A DNA stretch of 59,156 nt from the sequence record ON922918; one strand, written 5' to 3'. The translations under genes were made by a program, and so were the position numbers. Shown here piece after piece: positions 20,657-30,118 of the stretch. This DNA comes from Escherichia phage vB_EcoM_PD328. Numbering within the stretch: position 1 is the stretch's first letter; each line of letters begins with the position of its first letter. The notes beneath the pieces were generated by a model. The model had not been told where the DNA came from and did not search any database. It saw nothing but the letters and a program-made list of their open reading frames with translations.

Positions 20657-21535
20657 TTATTTTTTAACTGGACGTACTGGACGCTTCAAGTCTACGCCAA
20701 CCATGGCTGCAAGACGGCCTGCTTTTTCAGGGTTTTCACGCAGAATTTTACCCTGCTCAGTAAGGTTCCAACCTTCAGCACTCCACGGGTTCTTACCAGC
20801 GACGCCAGGAGTACGGGAGCCACCAGCACCACCGCCAACGTTTCCAGGGAACCAGTGTGGCTTCTTATCCTGGATATCCTGTAACCACATTTCTGGAGTG
20901 ATACCTGGCGTTACACCCACGCCGTCGCGAGTAACAACCTGACCGTCTTCGGTGAGCTCAAACAAACGAGAACCAATCAGCTCAACGTCGTCAATAGCTT
21001 CTGTGATCACTTTAGCAGACATCGCAGCCTTGCTCAGTGCGCTCTTAACGATGCGGTTCTTCTCTTTTGTGGTCAACTCTTCTACTTGCTTCTCATAAGT
21101 AGAAAGTTTGTTTTTCAGCTCGTCACGTTCACGCTCAAGCGGAGTCAACTTGTTACGAATACGCACGTTAATGATTTGTTCCAGCTTTTCATCATCAACT
21201 TTATCCGCACGCAATTTAAGCTCTTCGTATTCAGCGTCGCGCTGTAAAAGCTCATCAATATCACGTCCGTTCAGCTTACTTAGCTTACTCTTGACTGCTT
21301 TATGATCGTTACGTTCTTTTTCAAGTGCAGATTGCAACCTGTCAATATTCTGCTTACCGCCACCTTTTACGCCAGTGAGGATCCACTTATCACCTTCTTG
21401 GGAATAATACTCACGCGCGTTTTCCGGGATTTCGTCTTCAGAATTATATTCAAGTTCCAATGCACCAAAACGAGGCATGGACTGGAAGAAGCCAGCGGAA
21501 TAAGCTACCGCTAGATGAATGTGATACTTGTTCAT
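20657..21535 (-). CDS. scaffolding protein (putative)
   Basis: Helical, charged coiled-coil protein (ERNDHKAVKSKLSKL, LERERDELKNKLSTYEKQVEEL) between portal and capsid genes; start taken at residue 10 of the track ORF. Confidence 0.5.
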   Translation of the reverse strand: MNKYHIHLAVAYSAGFFQSMPRFGALELEYNSEDEIPENAREYYSQEGDKWILTGVKGGGKQNIDRLQSALEKERNDHKAVKSKLSKLNGRDIDELLQRDAEYEELKLRADKVDDEKLEQIINVRIRNKLTPLERERDELKNKLSTYEKQVEELTTKEKNRIVKSALSKAAMSAKVITEAIDDVELIGSRLFELTEDGQVVTRDGVGVTPGITPEMWLQDIQDKKPHWFPGNVGGGAGGSRTPGVAGKNPWSAEGWNLTEQGKILRENPEKAGRLAAMVGVDLKRPVRPVKK

Positions 21536-21645
21536 AAAATTCTCCATTGTGGACCGTTCCACTAAAAAGCGCGATAGACCGTTCTACCGCGCTATAAAGA
21601 CTAATACATCATTAAGAATGAAGCAACTATTTTTTACTCAAACCT

Positions 21646-23172
21646 TTATTTATTGGCGTTTTCATTCCCCGTTTGTTCTCCAGTTGTTTGCTGGATTTGG
21701 TTCTGGTCATTCTTAACTTGAGGTAGAAGGAATGGATATTCTTCACGTTCTTTCTCAAGTCGTTCCATCTCTTCTTCAAACGTCAAAGAGGTCATTCCCT
21801 TATCCTGCAACCAGTTGTGCATAGACTCAGCACACAACGGAGCACCAAGATTCTTAGCAGTCTGTACCTGCACCAGTTCCTGACCTTCGATGTTAGCTTT
21901 GCTGAAGTCAAGGTTAGGTGTAACTTTAACTTCTTCAGGATCAAGACCCATCCATATAGCACAGATACGAAGGATTTTTTCTAATGCAGCAGCACCAGTC
22001 TTAGCGATACCGACCAGTGAAGCAGTCTTGGTAATAAGACGTGTTTCCAGTGCATCGCCAGACTCTTGAGCAGCACTCTCTGAACTGGTCAAATGTCCAG
22101 AGCGGGCCTGAGCGTCTTTATGATCAGCTTCAAGTGCTTTACGTTGTTCCGGTAAACCTTGTGAGTTAGTGCCGATGTATTTAGCATCGCCATCTGGAGA
22201 TACATCAATACGAGCTCCAGCACCAACACGAACAGGCGCTTTATCATCAATTGCGTCACTATTCGTAATACCACCACGAACAACCAGCGTATCCTGGCTC
22301 TGCATAAACAAAGCCTGTCGATAATCAGCTTCACCCTGATAGATGGAAATACATCTGTTTGCTAATGCAAGTAGCGGTGGCTTATCTGGTTCTGGCACTA
22401 AGTCCATAGCGTTACAGAATACGAAAGGTATCTGCTCAAGTGGAGTACCTTTATATTGAGGGACTACAACATCAGAGCTTACTTCTTCTGGTTCGTCATC
22501 CTCACCAGGAAGCAATTCTGTCATGTACTGCCCGTACACGTAACCGCTATCCGATGGTTCATCTACAGTGGCACTTCCAAGAACAAGAACTCGGTATTGA
22601 ACTTTATAAGTCCAATCAAATGAAGTCTTGTCCATTACATCTTTAGACTCATCTAATACGACTAGGTTAAGATTAACTGAACCAAGATCGTCTTCACCAT
22701 CATCCCAGTTTCGTATACTTAACGCTTCGTATACCGCGATGTACGGCAGCGTGTCGCGGGTACTTCCCGCTGGCAGCTCCAACAGAAGGCCAAGACGACC
22801 ATCGCGTAGCTGTAGCTCGTTTATGCGGCGTAGCAACTGGTCTAAACTTTCGCGCTTGCTGGTAGCAGCCTGACGAAGTGGTTCCATTGCTGAAGGCAAC
22901 TGGATAATAGCTGCCTTACTATGCAACATACCACCGTGGTTGATTACGGCATCCGCCACATATTCCGGGAACACCGCACGTTCTTTATAATCATTATAAC
23001 GAGTATAGCCATCTTCGCCTGGTTTCATACCGTCATAACGCATAGCAGGTGTCGGTGGAAGATACAAAGTACCTTGAGCCTTAATGTGGTCAGCTCCAAG
23101 GAAACAGTCTCGCATCTTCAACCATAATGCACTAAACTGTAAATATTTAGGATGAACCGAAGAAATGGCCAT
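21646..23172 (-). CDS. portal protein
   Basis: 508 aa ORF immediately downstream of the large terminase gene; size and position typical of a portal. Confidence 0.6.
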   Translation of the reverse strand: MAISSVHPKYLQFSALWLKMRDCFLGADHIKAQGTLYLPPTPAMRYDGMKPGEDGYTRYNDYKERAVFPEYVADAVINHGGMLHSKAAIIQLPSAMEPLRQAATSKRESLDQLLRRINELQLRDGRLGLLLELPAGSTRDTLPYIAVYEALSIRNWDDGEDDLGSVNLNLVVLDESKDVMDKTSFDWTYKVQYRVLVLGSATVDEPSDSGYVYGQYMTELLPGEDDEPEEVSSDVVVPQYKGTPLEQIPFVFCNAMDLVPEPDKPPLLALANRCISIYQGEADYRQALFMQSQDTLVVRGGITNSDAIDDKAPVRVGAGARIDVSPDGDAKYIGTNSQGLPEQRKALEADHKDAQARSGHLTSSESAAQESGDALETRLITKTASLVGIAKTGAAALEKILRICAIWMGLDPEEVKVTPNLDFSKANIEGQELVQVQTAKNLGAPLCAESMHNWLQDKGMTSLTFEEEMERLEKEREEYPFLLPQVKNDQNQIQQTTGEQTGNENANK

Positions 23173-23184
23173 CTGTTGAACTCC

Positions 23185-24783
23185 TTATGTCCCCACAGTC
23201 TTACCGACACTACCGCCACGTGCTTCGTTGGCTATACGATAACGAGCTTCGTCAGCAATGTGGTCTTCAGAATCAGTATCGATATCATCAAGATCATCTT
23301 CGTCTCTAGCAAGAGTTGGAACAAGATCTATAAAGTGATGACAGTTGTCAAAAATAAACATAGAAGGTCTTTCACGTAGAGCGGCAACCTTAGGATCCGG
23401 AATTGAAGCAGCTAAATATTCCCGCATTCGTTTCCAACCTGCTTTACGTGATCCAGGAGATTTATCACTTCGAATCCACTGTACACCAGGATAAGACCGA
23501 CCATTGATAGTTATTGGCTTAGACATTGTTGCTGCGGTACTGTTACCGTCTTTAACGTCCCAAATGCTGTTATCAGCAGGTCCTGGAACTACGCGACCGT
23601 ATAAACCAGCTTCAATTTCCCTGACGATGATACCACGAGCAATTTCAGAATCCAATAATCTTAAACCTTCGTTCGGTTTCCCGTTAGTACCATACCACTC
23701 CATGATCCTAAACAAGTCACCTCGTACAGTTCGTACACGACGCCCATTCGGATACACGATATCACTACCATCACTTCTTGCCCACCAACCGACAGAGAAT
23801 GGTTTACTTGAGCCCCAGTCAAATGATCTATCAATTCTCCAAGAGTGAGGTATTGGGAATGGTTTGACCACATGTATATTCTGGCGCCACAGGTCATCGA
23901 ACATACCACCGGACGTGATATCCCAGCTACCACCGAGCCACGCCATGCGGAGGTTAGGATCGTCAATGTTTACAAGCTGTGCAACATACTCAGGTGTTAA
24001 GTTTCGGTTCTCTCTGTATGAACCAAATATATGGCAGCGAGTACGAACTACGTCTTCCCGTTTCTGTGTACGCGGGTTGAATACGTTCGTTACTTCCTTC
24101 TTCATTGACCCAAGCGGGCAAGAGTTAATAAAATACTTCTTGACCCAGTTATGTCCAACTCCAAATGGGTTAGTCGTAGAAAAGATCTGCAACGGCAAAG
24201 GTGGCAGTATGAACTGCATTGCGTATTCGTGGTCAGGTTGAACGAGGACAAGACGCCCAGTTCGTTGATACACATCACCGTCAATAATTATTGGGTTTTC
24301 TTCCGCAACAAAGGATGTACGGTTACAGGACTTCATCGCTTCATAAAGCCCACTGTCTGGATATTTAGTTAATTCGTTCCATCCAATAAATGGAAATTCC
24401 TGACCGTGGTACAGCCAGTAATCCTTAGGCTTTTTAGCAACACGGAACATTAGTTCTTCACCGCTAGGCCATACCCATTTATAATCTGACTTGGAAGATA
24501 AGAACTTACAACCGTCATTAAATTCAGGAAACCAACGTTGTGACTTTGCTACTAAGTCATCTAAGTTTTTGTATTCTCGGTCAAAAATGATACCGCGCCA
24601 GTGTTTCCCGTACCCCATGCCAACATAACGACGAAAACGCATCAACTGCGCATCAGTCTTTCCAGGACCACGAGTACCGTGATAAAGGATCTCATCGGCT
24701 GGGCAACTCAGTGCCAGCACCTGAGATCCTGGATGTGGTTTCCATACTACCTTAGTGGACGGTGTCTGAATCATTGAGTCCAT
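23185..24783 (-). CDS. terminase large subunit
   Basis: 532 aa; N-terminal Walker A (HGTRGPGKT); followed by the portal gene. Confidence 0.8.
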   Translation of the reverse strand: MDSMIQTPSTKVVWKPHPGSQVLALSCPADEILYHGTRGPGKTDAQLMRFRRYVGMGYGKHWRGIIFDREYKNLDDLVAKSQRWFPEFNDGCKFLSSKSDYKWVWPSGEELMFRVAKKPKDYWLYHGQEFPFIGWNELTKYPDSGLYEAMKSCNRTSFVAEENPIIIDGDVYQRTGRLVLVQPDHEYAMQFILPPLPLQIFSTTNPFGVGHNWVKKYFINSCPLGSMKKEVTNVFNPRTQKREDVVRTRCHIFGSYRENRNLTPEYVAQLVNIDDPNLRMAWLGGSWDITSGGMFDDLWRQNIHVVKPFPIPHSWRIDRSFDWGSSKPFSVGWWARSDGSDIVYPNGRRVRTVRGDLFRIMEWYGTNGKPNEGLRLLDSEIARGIIVREIEAGLYGRVVPGPADNSIWDVKDGNSTAATMSKPITINGRSYPGVQWIRSDKSPGSRKAGWKRMREYLAASIPDPKVAALRERPSMFIFDNCHHFIDLVPTLARDEDDLDDIDTDSEDHIADEARYRIANEARGGSVGKTVGT

Positions 24784-25303
24784 TTAAAGTATCCTCTTGC
24801 AGCTTAGTCTGAGACTCCCCAGCAACCCTTTCCCAATCGTCCATAGAACCGACCATAGGAACCAGCATAACACCAGTAGATACACCAACATCCATCTTCT
24901 GTTGCTTAGGAGCTTCAAATCCAAAGATGCTACATAATTGTTTATATGCAGCAACACGAGCAGCTTGAGAAGATCCAGGACCACGATAAGTGGATTCAAA
25001 TCTAAGACCTTCAATGATGCGCTGGCGCTCTTGTTCTATTTCATATTTGCGGTCACGTTCAGCACTTCTTGCTTTCTGCTGTTGAAGTTCTTTGATTCGT
25101 CTTTGGCAATAGCTATCATCCTGAAAACGTTTGGCATAATCAAACGCCATTGCGGAGCTCATACCAACACGTTTACACGCATTAACCCAATCATAATCGA
25201 ACAGATATTCTTCAACGACAGAGTCACGTATAGCCATCTCTTCTTTAGTGAGATCGGCTTCGTATTCGATGCTACGTGTCCAAGGTAGAATAGGCTTTAC
25301 CAT
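24752..25303 (-). CDS. terminase small subunit (putative)
   Basis: 183 aa from the ATG at residue 20 of the track ORF (AGGAG RBS upstream); overlaps the start of the large terminase gene. Confidence 0.5.
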   Translation of the reverse strand: MVKPILPWTRSIEYEADLTKEEMAIRDSVVEEYLFDYDWVNACKRVGMSSAMAFDYAKRFQDDSYCQRRIKELQQQKARSAERDRKYEIEQERQRIIEGLRFESTYRGPGSSQAARVAAYKQLCSIFGFEAPKQQKMDVGVSTGVMLVPMVGSMDDWERVAGESQTKLQEDTLNGLNDSDTVH

Positions 25304-25383
25304 AACGTTACTCCTGTCGATTCTTGACACGAATATAAGCGGTGGATTAATTAATTGCAAGGGTTATAGTAAATGTCAATAAA

Positions 25384-25423
25384 AAGCCCGCTCGATATAA
25401 ATTCAAGGAGCGGGCTTTACTTA
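25384..25423 (-). terminator. rho-independent terminator between lysis genes and terminase genes
   Basis: AAAGCCCGCTC...GAGCGGGCTTT stem followed on the minus strand by TTTTATTG. Confidence 0.55.
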
Positions 25424-25432
25424 TAAACCAAT

Positions 25433-25675
25433 CTACATCTCTGTTTTAGGAATGTACATTATCTCCTGGATGTCTTGTCTCATTTGTTCGACCTTATTGA
25501 CCACATATACAGGTGGTGTTGAAGGTTGCAAATTTACCCTGTGTCTCTTGTGCATCTGATCAATGGCGATAGCACTGACTCCGATTTGTGTAAGTCCAAT
25601 CATCATATAGATGAAAAGCAGTCGTGGTTTCTTACACAATATAAGAAGATCATTGATGAAATGACGCATAATCAA
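25433..25675 (-). CDS. small membrane protein (lysis-associated, possible holin/antiholin)
   Basis: 80 aa with one predicted transmembrane segment (LLFIYMMIGLTQIGVSAIAI); adjacent to the lysis cassette. Confidence 0.3.
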   Translation of the reverse strand: MIMRHFINDLLILCKKPRLLFIYMMIGLTQIGVSAIAIDQMHKRHRVNLQPSTPPVYVVNKVEQMRQDIQEIMYIPKTEM

Positions 25676-25980
25676 CCTCTTTCCTTTTCTCGGTCATATG
25701 CTTGCGTTTTTCTCTGTAGAAACTTTAGCATGGTTCTTGAACCTGACCAAGATAACACGCCTATGAACGCCCCACTGAGCCCAAGTGGGACACCATGTTC
25801 CACGTTAATTACACCTATCAAGAAACCAAAGAATGCAGAAAAAGCACCCTCTTGAATGAAGGAGCTGAGTCTGAACCTTTCTTTAGCATCATGGGTTCTT
25901 GCAGCGTAGCCAAGGGAACCCCCTACCATCGCAATGGCAGTGAGAATAAAGACTATATTCCAATCCCAGTTCGGCGACAC
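25672..25980 (-). CDS. holin (putative)
   Basis: 102 aa with two to three hydrophobic transmembrane segments and a charged C-terminus; directly downstream of the endolysin gene. Confidence 0.45.
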   Translation of the reverse strand: MSPNWDWNIVFILTAIAMVGGSLGYAARTHDAKERFRLSSFIQEGAFSAFFGFLIGVINVEHGVPLGLSGAFIGVLSWSGSRTMLKFLQRKTQAYDREKERG

Positions 25981-25993
25981 TTATAACCCCTTA

Positions 25994-26428
25994 CTATGCC
26001 ATATGGATACCCGCGAGCAAGACTTCATCAGAATAAGGTTGCACACCGTTCTCATGTTTGATAATCGCCTTCACGATCGCAAGCATGAGCTTATCATCGG
26101 TCAATGAAATCGGCTGTTCTGCACCAACACCACAAGCCTTAGACACGGATTGAATATAGGCTTCAGTGTTATTTTCATTCGGCGGAGCCCAGCGTGAAAT
26201 AATTTCCCGTACAGTGTCAATCCCTTTATTACCGACGCGCTTCATCCCTTCGCGGTTCCGGTAGTTTAGTAGAATGCGCGCAATGGCGCGAATACCGTAT
26301 TTTACATCGATAAATTGACAGAAAGAACGATCAGTTCGTTTGTCTTCTGGAACAAGACCTTTCCAGTTATCACCCCAACGAATATTTCCCGGATTGTTAT
26401 TCCGGATACCTCGTGGTTGCACAGTCAT
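25994..26428 (-). CDS. endolysin (putative peptidoglycan hydrolase)
   Basis: 144 aa soluble protein between spanin and holin candidates; NNPGNIRW motif; function inferred mainly from cassette context. Confidence 0.45.
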   Translation of the reverse strand: MTVQPRGIRNNNPGNIRWGDNWKGLVPEDKRTDRSFCQFIDVKYGIRAIARILLNYRNREGMKRVGNKGIDTVREIISRWAPPNENNTEAYIQSVSKACGVGAEQPISLTDDKLMLAIVKAIIKHENGVQPYSDEVLLAGIHMA

Positions 26429-26519
26429 AAAAAAGCTCCATTCAGTTAAACCGAATAGAGCATAGTTGAATTATCACACGCACACAATCAATTATGTGCA
26501 ATTAGGATGGAACGTTTAG

Positions 26520-26864
26520 TTACGCAATCCGGCAAGGACTTTGCAGTTTATCACCGTTCTTTACGCGGATTTCGCATTGCATCATACTGTAGTTCGCACT
26601 GCTCGCCGGCAAGACGATACTTTTCAGCCTCTTCTGCCATTTGTCTGTATTCTGTGACGCTTTCTGAATACAGTTCGGTGAGCACACGGGCGATCTGGGC
26701 GGTTGTCTTGCTGTCGGGCTGAGGGCCGGTAGCGTCACCGAGGTACTTACGGATGGTTGTGATTTCGTTGTGCAACCTGTCATTAGTAGCACGATAATCA
26801 TTAAGATCGGCAACCAAAGACTCAATGCGAGATTGGTACTGGCGTTCGATAACGTCTTTCTCAT
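26520..26864 (-). CDS. o-spanin (Rz1-like outer-membrane lipoprotein), embedded in the i-spanin gene
   Basis: Alternative frame inside the i-spanin ORF; signal peptide ending in lipobox LMTGC; Pro-rich mature part with a C-terminal Cys. Confidence 0.6.
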   Translation of the reverse strand: MRKTLSNASTNLALSLWLPILMIIVLLMTGCTTKSQPSVSTSVTLPALSPTARQPPRSPVCSPNCIQKASQNTDKWQKRLKSIVLPASSANYSMMQCEIRVKNGDKLQSPCRIA

Positions 26865-27051
26865 ACGCTCTTCTTTTCTCCTCCTCGAAATCAATCGCTT
26901 TCTGAGTTTCTTTTTGGTACGACACACCGGCATCGAAACCCTCCTTTCTAGCTGTTTCTATGGCATTGTCATAAGCCCAGTTGGCTAGAATAACAATTAG
27001 GACAAGTGGTATCCAAGGTGCAACCAAACCGATTATTTTTCTAAGGAGCAT
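26551..27051 (-). CDS. i-spanin (Rz-like)
   Basis: 166 aa; N-terminal transmembrane segment (IIGLVAPWIPLVLIVILANW) followed by a charged coiled-coil periplasmic domain. Confidence 0.6.
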   Translation of the reverse strand: MLLRKIIGLVAPWIPLVLIVILANWAYDNAIETARKEGFDAGVSYQKETQKAIDFEEEKRRAYEKDVIERQYQSRIESLVADLNDYRATNDRLHNEITTIRKYLGDATGPQPDSKTTAQIARVLTELYSESVTEYRQMAEEAEKYRLAGEQCELQYDAMRNPRKER

Positions 27052-27260
27052 ACCTTCTCACCAATTCCCATAGACAAGTATTGAATCGCAAGAAGAAATG
27101 CTATAGCTTCCTTCGTATCCCCTAAGTCTTTAAGGGTCTTGAACGTATCTTCAAGTTGCTGCACGTACTTCTCGAATTGTGGTAAGGCATCAATCTCAGC
27201 AGCAGCTCCGCGCATATACACTCTTGCAGCCGCTAATTGTGCGTCAGAAGTATCACTCAT
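27033..27260 (-). CDS. hypothetical protein
   Basis: 75 aa ORF in the minus-strand early block. Confidence 0.3.
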   Translation of the reverse strand: MSDTSDAQLAAARVYMRGAAAEIDALPQFEKYVQQLEDTFKTLKDLGDTKEAIAFLLAIQYLSMGIGEKVCSLEK

Positions 27261-27472
27261 GATATTCTCCAGATTACACTATTTCGAATTTCATCATTCC
27301 AAACGTATTTCCCCTTCTCGCCATTTTTATAGGATGGAACAGAAAAAACGGAGGAACTTGGATATAGATCTGATGTTGTTAAGCGTATACGCTTACCGTC
27401 AAAAGGTCCACCAACACAAAGGAACAGACCAGTCTTAGGTTTCTTCAAAATGGTTCCTCCTCGTCTGTACAC
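27257..27472 (-). CDS. hypothetical protein
   Basis: 71 aa ORF overlapping its neighbours by 4 nt. Confidence 0.3.
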   Translation of the reverse strand: MYRRGGTILKKPKTGLFLCVGGPFDGKRIRLTTSDLYPSSSVFSVPSYKNGEKGKYVWNDEIRNSVIWRIS

Positions 27473-27939
27473 TGAGCCATTTTAAGAGTATAAGCTACGT
27501 CATAGAAGTCAACACCCTGACCACAGCTATCGCAGTAATGGCAGGCCAATCTCACAGCTTCTTCTGCGCCGCAACCTGCCGCCATTGTACCCATCAAGAA
27601 CTCAAACGCACTACCCTCGGCAATAAATTCGTTAGTGTCTGGTAGACCCAATTTACCATCGCCGTAGATAGGATACACGACAAGTTCCTGCGTCACTGCA
27701 ATACCATAACGGGAATCTGGATTCATATCCGAGAAAGGTTCTTTACGTCCACGAACCGTAGTTTTCAGATGTTCTACAATGTCATTTACAGGACGTAGTT
27801 TACCAGACATTGCAACAAGACACAGTCCAACCCCTGGAATATTGACAGTATGAACTTTATTCGTAGTTGTTGCAATATTACCCCATGTGACCTGACGATC
27901 CACAGCCAGTATACCATCACGATAAGCAATTGCGGTCAT
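27445..27939 (-). CDS. HslV/proteasome-beta-like Ntn-hydrolase peptidase (putative)
   Basis: Starts MT-AIAYRDGILAVDRQVTWGN, paralleling the HslV N-terminus (MTTIVSVRRNG...GDGQATLGN) with Thr as residue 2; later GSAFEF...GxGVDFY resembles the HslV GSGG region. Confidence 0.5.
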   Translation of the reverse strand: MTAIAYRDGILAVDRQVTWGNIATTTNKVHTVNIPGVGLCLVAMSGKLRPVNDIVEHLKTTVRGRKEPFSDMNPDSRYGIAVTQELVVYPIYGDGKLGLPDTNEFIAEGSAFEFLMGTMAAGCGAEEAVRLACHYCDSCGQGVDFYDVAYTLKMAQCTDEEEPF

Positions 27940-28289
27940 ATTAAACGCCCATATATGTGATAAATTTTATAAGCAGTGGAAAGACCAATATTGAATTCTC
28001 TCGCTGCAACCTGAAATCTATTCTCTTTACCAGTGTAATTTCTGAGAAATTGATAAATTTCCTCTTTATCCATGTGTCTGTTTCGCACAAGTGTTGGCGA
28101 CCAAAGCCGGCGCATTTCGAGCGTAGCCGCGAATCTTCGCTTGATCTGAGCTACTGTACCAACGTACCAATACTTTGCCCCATTTTGCCCAATAGCCGCG
28201 TGGACGCACCGCGGCGTACCTGTTTTAGCGAACTTGCGCTTTGCAAATTCACACGCGAGTTCCGCATTGTCAAAACGTTGCAAGCCCAT
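27936..28289 (-). CDS. hypothetical protein (possible DNA-binding)
   Basis: 117 aa basic protein; C-terminal segment (GLSTAYKIYHIYG) could form a helix-turn-helix. Confidence 0.3.
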   Translation of the reverse strand: MGLQRFDNAELACEFAKRKFAKTGTPRCVHAAIGQNGAKYWYVGTVAQIKRRFAATLEMRRLWSPTLVRNRHMDKEEIYQFLRNYTGKENRFQVAAREFNIGLSTAYKIYHIYGRLI

Positions 28290-28292
28290 AAA

Positions 28293-28733
28293 TCACCCCG
28301 GCAATATAATTTCGTAATCAATCAGGAAAGACCGCAGAGGATACGCCAGATCGTTACCCTCTGCAACGTGGTCATAGGAATAGTATTGTTTCCCTTGCAG
28401 ACCTTTACATGGGTCATATACCTTAACATCACCGAAGCGAGCGTCAATAATGATCTGATGGAAAAGTCCAGGTAGCTGCAAAGAGGGTACAGTCGCAAGA
28501 TACAAGCGCCCAGGTCGAATCTGGTGCATACCAGCAGTGATATGCGGCTGTGCAAAGACACCATGCTTATACAGATAGTTCGACACGTCAGTAAAACCAT
28601 GAATATAATCATTTGTGAACTCGTCATACACCTGCTCAGGGTCTTTGTCAAGAAGCATAGCAAGGCAGGTAGGGATGCAAGCCATTATGCTTTTCTGAGT
28701 TTTATGCTTGATTGGGTCATTGATAGTAATCAT
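28293..28733 (-). CDS. papain-like cysteine peptidase, C39-like (putative)
   Basis: N-terminal QKSIMACIPTCLAMLL resembles the C39 peptidase Q...C...CLAM active-site region; downstream His (HQIIIDARFGD) and Asp candidates. Confidence 0.4.
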   Translation of the reverse strand: MITINDPIKHKTQKSIMACIPTCLAMLLDKDPEQVYDEFTNDYIHGFTDVSNYLYKHGVFAQPHITAGMHQIRPGRLYLATVPSLQLPGLFHQIIIDARFGDVKVYDPCKGLQGKQYYSYDHVAEGNDLAYPLRSFLIDYEIILPG

Positions 28734-29071
28734 TAGAACACTTCCTTAAACAAATCAAATTTAACATGCTCGTAGATTTTATTCAGCTGAGTCAGCTTAC
28801 GAATAAATTCTTTACTGGTATTCTCGTCAATTGCACAGGTATCCGTCTGGATCTTCCATGTGTCGGAACGCAAGCGAAGCAGGAACGAACCGTTCGGGTA
28901 AACCGTCTTCGCTTCTGGCATATAGTGCAGAATACAGGATATCGTCCCTTCAGGTGGTATAAGAACAATATAAGTATCATTCACGTCGCTGTGACTAATA
29001 ATCCAACCGCTCTGCAACAAAGCATCCCGGAGCTGGCAATACATTTTCGGAATAACGATATCTTTGGCCAT
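28733..29071 (-). CDS. hypothetical protein
   Basis: 112 aa ORF, translationally coupled to neighbours. Confidence 0.3.
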   Translation of the reverse strand: MAKDIVIPKMYCQLRDALLQSGWIISHSDVNDTYIVLIPPEGTISCILHYMPEAKTVYPNGSFLLRLRSDTWKIQTDTCAIDENTSKEFIRKLTQLNKIYEHVKFDLFKEVF

Positions 29072-29436
29072 TATTGTACTTCCACAATTAATAATTCACC
29101 ATGACGTACACGAGCAAGTTCGTATAAATCTTGTTTCTGCGCAATGTCCAATTGGCAATCAAGGATTGCAATATCACAATGGAAGCCACTCGTACGAATG
29201 ACAGTGTCTTCATATGAGGCTTTGTGATAAGAAACCAAACGAATGTGGAAACGATCAAACTGTACTACGGACGACTCACGCGACAGTTGCACACAGCGAA
29301 CGAATTCAGGATCTTCACGCAACACTTCTTCGAGCTGGCGGCGATAATCATTATTCGGACACAAAGTAAAAGCGATGCGATCGTCTTTCAACTGTGGCCT
29401 CAACATAGACCAGGCTTTAACTATATTCTCGTTCAT
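29071..29436 (-). CDS. hypothetical protein (first gene of the minus-strand early operon)
   Basis: 121 aa ORF adjacent to the divergent control region. Confidence 0.3.
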   Translation of the reverse strand: MNENIVKAWSMLRPQLKDDRIAFTLCPNNDYRRQLEEVLREDPEFVRCVQLSRESSVVQFDRFHIRLVSYHKASYEDTVIRTSGFHCDIAILDCQLDIAQKQDLYELARVRHGELLIVEVQ

Positions 29437-29941
29437 ATAACCCCCTTTAACGTTAACGGAATAACTATAGCAGGATACGCAAGTTGATTAACATACGTGA
29501 TCGCAACAATTAATAACCACAGTTAGTCGTCTCGTGTGCTTTAATTCATGATGCCGCAAATCAGCTACGCATACCGGCAAACCGAATATTGTAATCGTCT
29601 CTCGAGTATTTACATACGGAACTAGCTTCATACGAACAATATAGGACAGGTGAGGTGGGGATACAAAGTGTCTAGTGACGAGATAATCTACAAACGATGA
29701 ATCCTTGGCAGAGATCTAAGAGCCGCCCCGCGGCGTTACTATAACGTCCCGTGATCGTCAGTGAGGTGATTGTTACGTCATGTGACTGTCGCGCGCTCTA
29801 TTGTAACGTTGTTTATTATTACACGCGTTATTATTTTTTATTTGATTAGTGTGCTATCTATCGCATGACTATATTATACCGTCCAGTATAATTACATCTG
29901 TTACTATCTACCTGCCCACTATGTGCTGTCTATGTATGTGC

Positions 29942-30008
29942 TACCTGGTATTTCCTGCGCGTGCTGTTACCTGGTATTTTCGACACGCTCGCGCTACCTG
30001 GTATTTCC
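29942..30008. repeat. three direct repeats of TACCTGGTATTTYC in the divergent intergenic region
   Basis: Copies at about 29942, 29968 and 29995 with 26-27 bp periodicity, each preceded by GTGCT. Confidence 0.6.
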
Positions 30009-30089
30009 GGCACACCGTCTACCGTATAGTCCCGGATGTTATTATTATGAAACACAACTAAAAAAGTTCTAAAATAATGCAGATAATAG

Positions 30090-30118
30090 TTGCATCTGAT
30101 ACCCTGCTGTCATATTAT
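30090..30118 (+). promoter_or_regulatory. sigma70-type early promoter (TTGCAT-17 bp-TATTAT)
   Basis: Near-consensus -35 and -10 hexamers with a 17-bp spacer, about 75 nt upstream of the first plus-strand gene. Confidence 0.55.

Noticed and set aside
21302-21716. Plus-strand ORFs opposite the scaffold and portal genes (21302-21514, 21528-21716)
   Set aside because: Antisense to well-supported structural genes; no RBS; biased composition.
29942-30008. Possible CRISPR array suggested by regularly spaced repeats
   Set aside because: Only three copies of a 14-nt unit with about 12-nt spacers and no cas genes; fits iterons or operators, not CRISPR.
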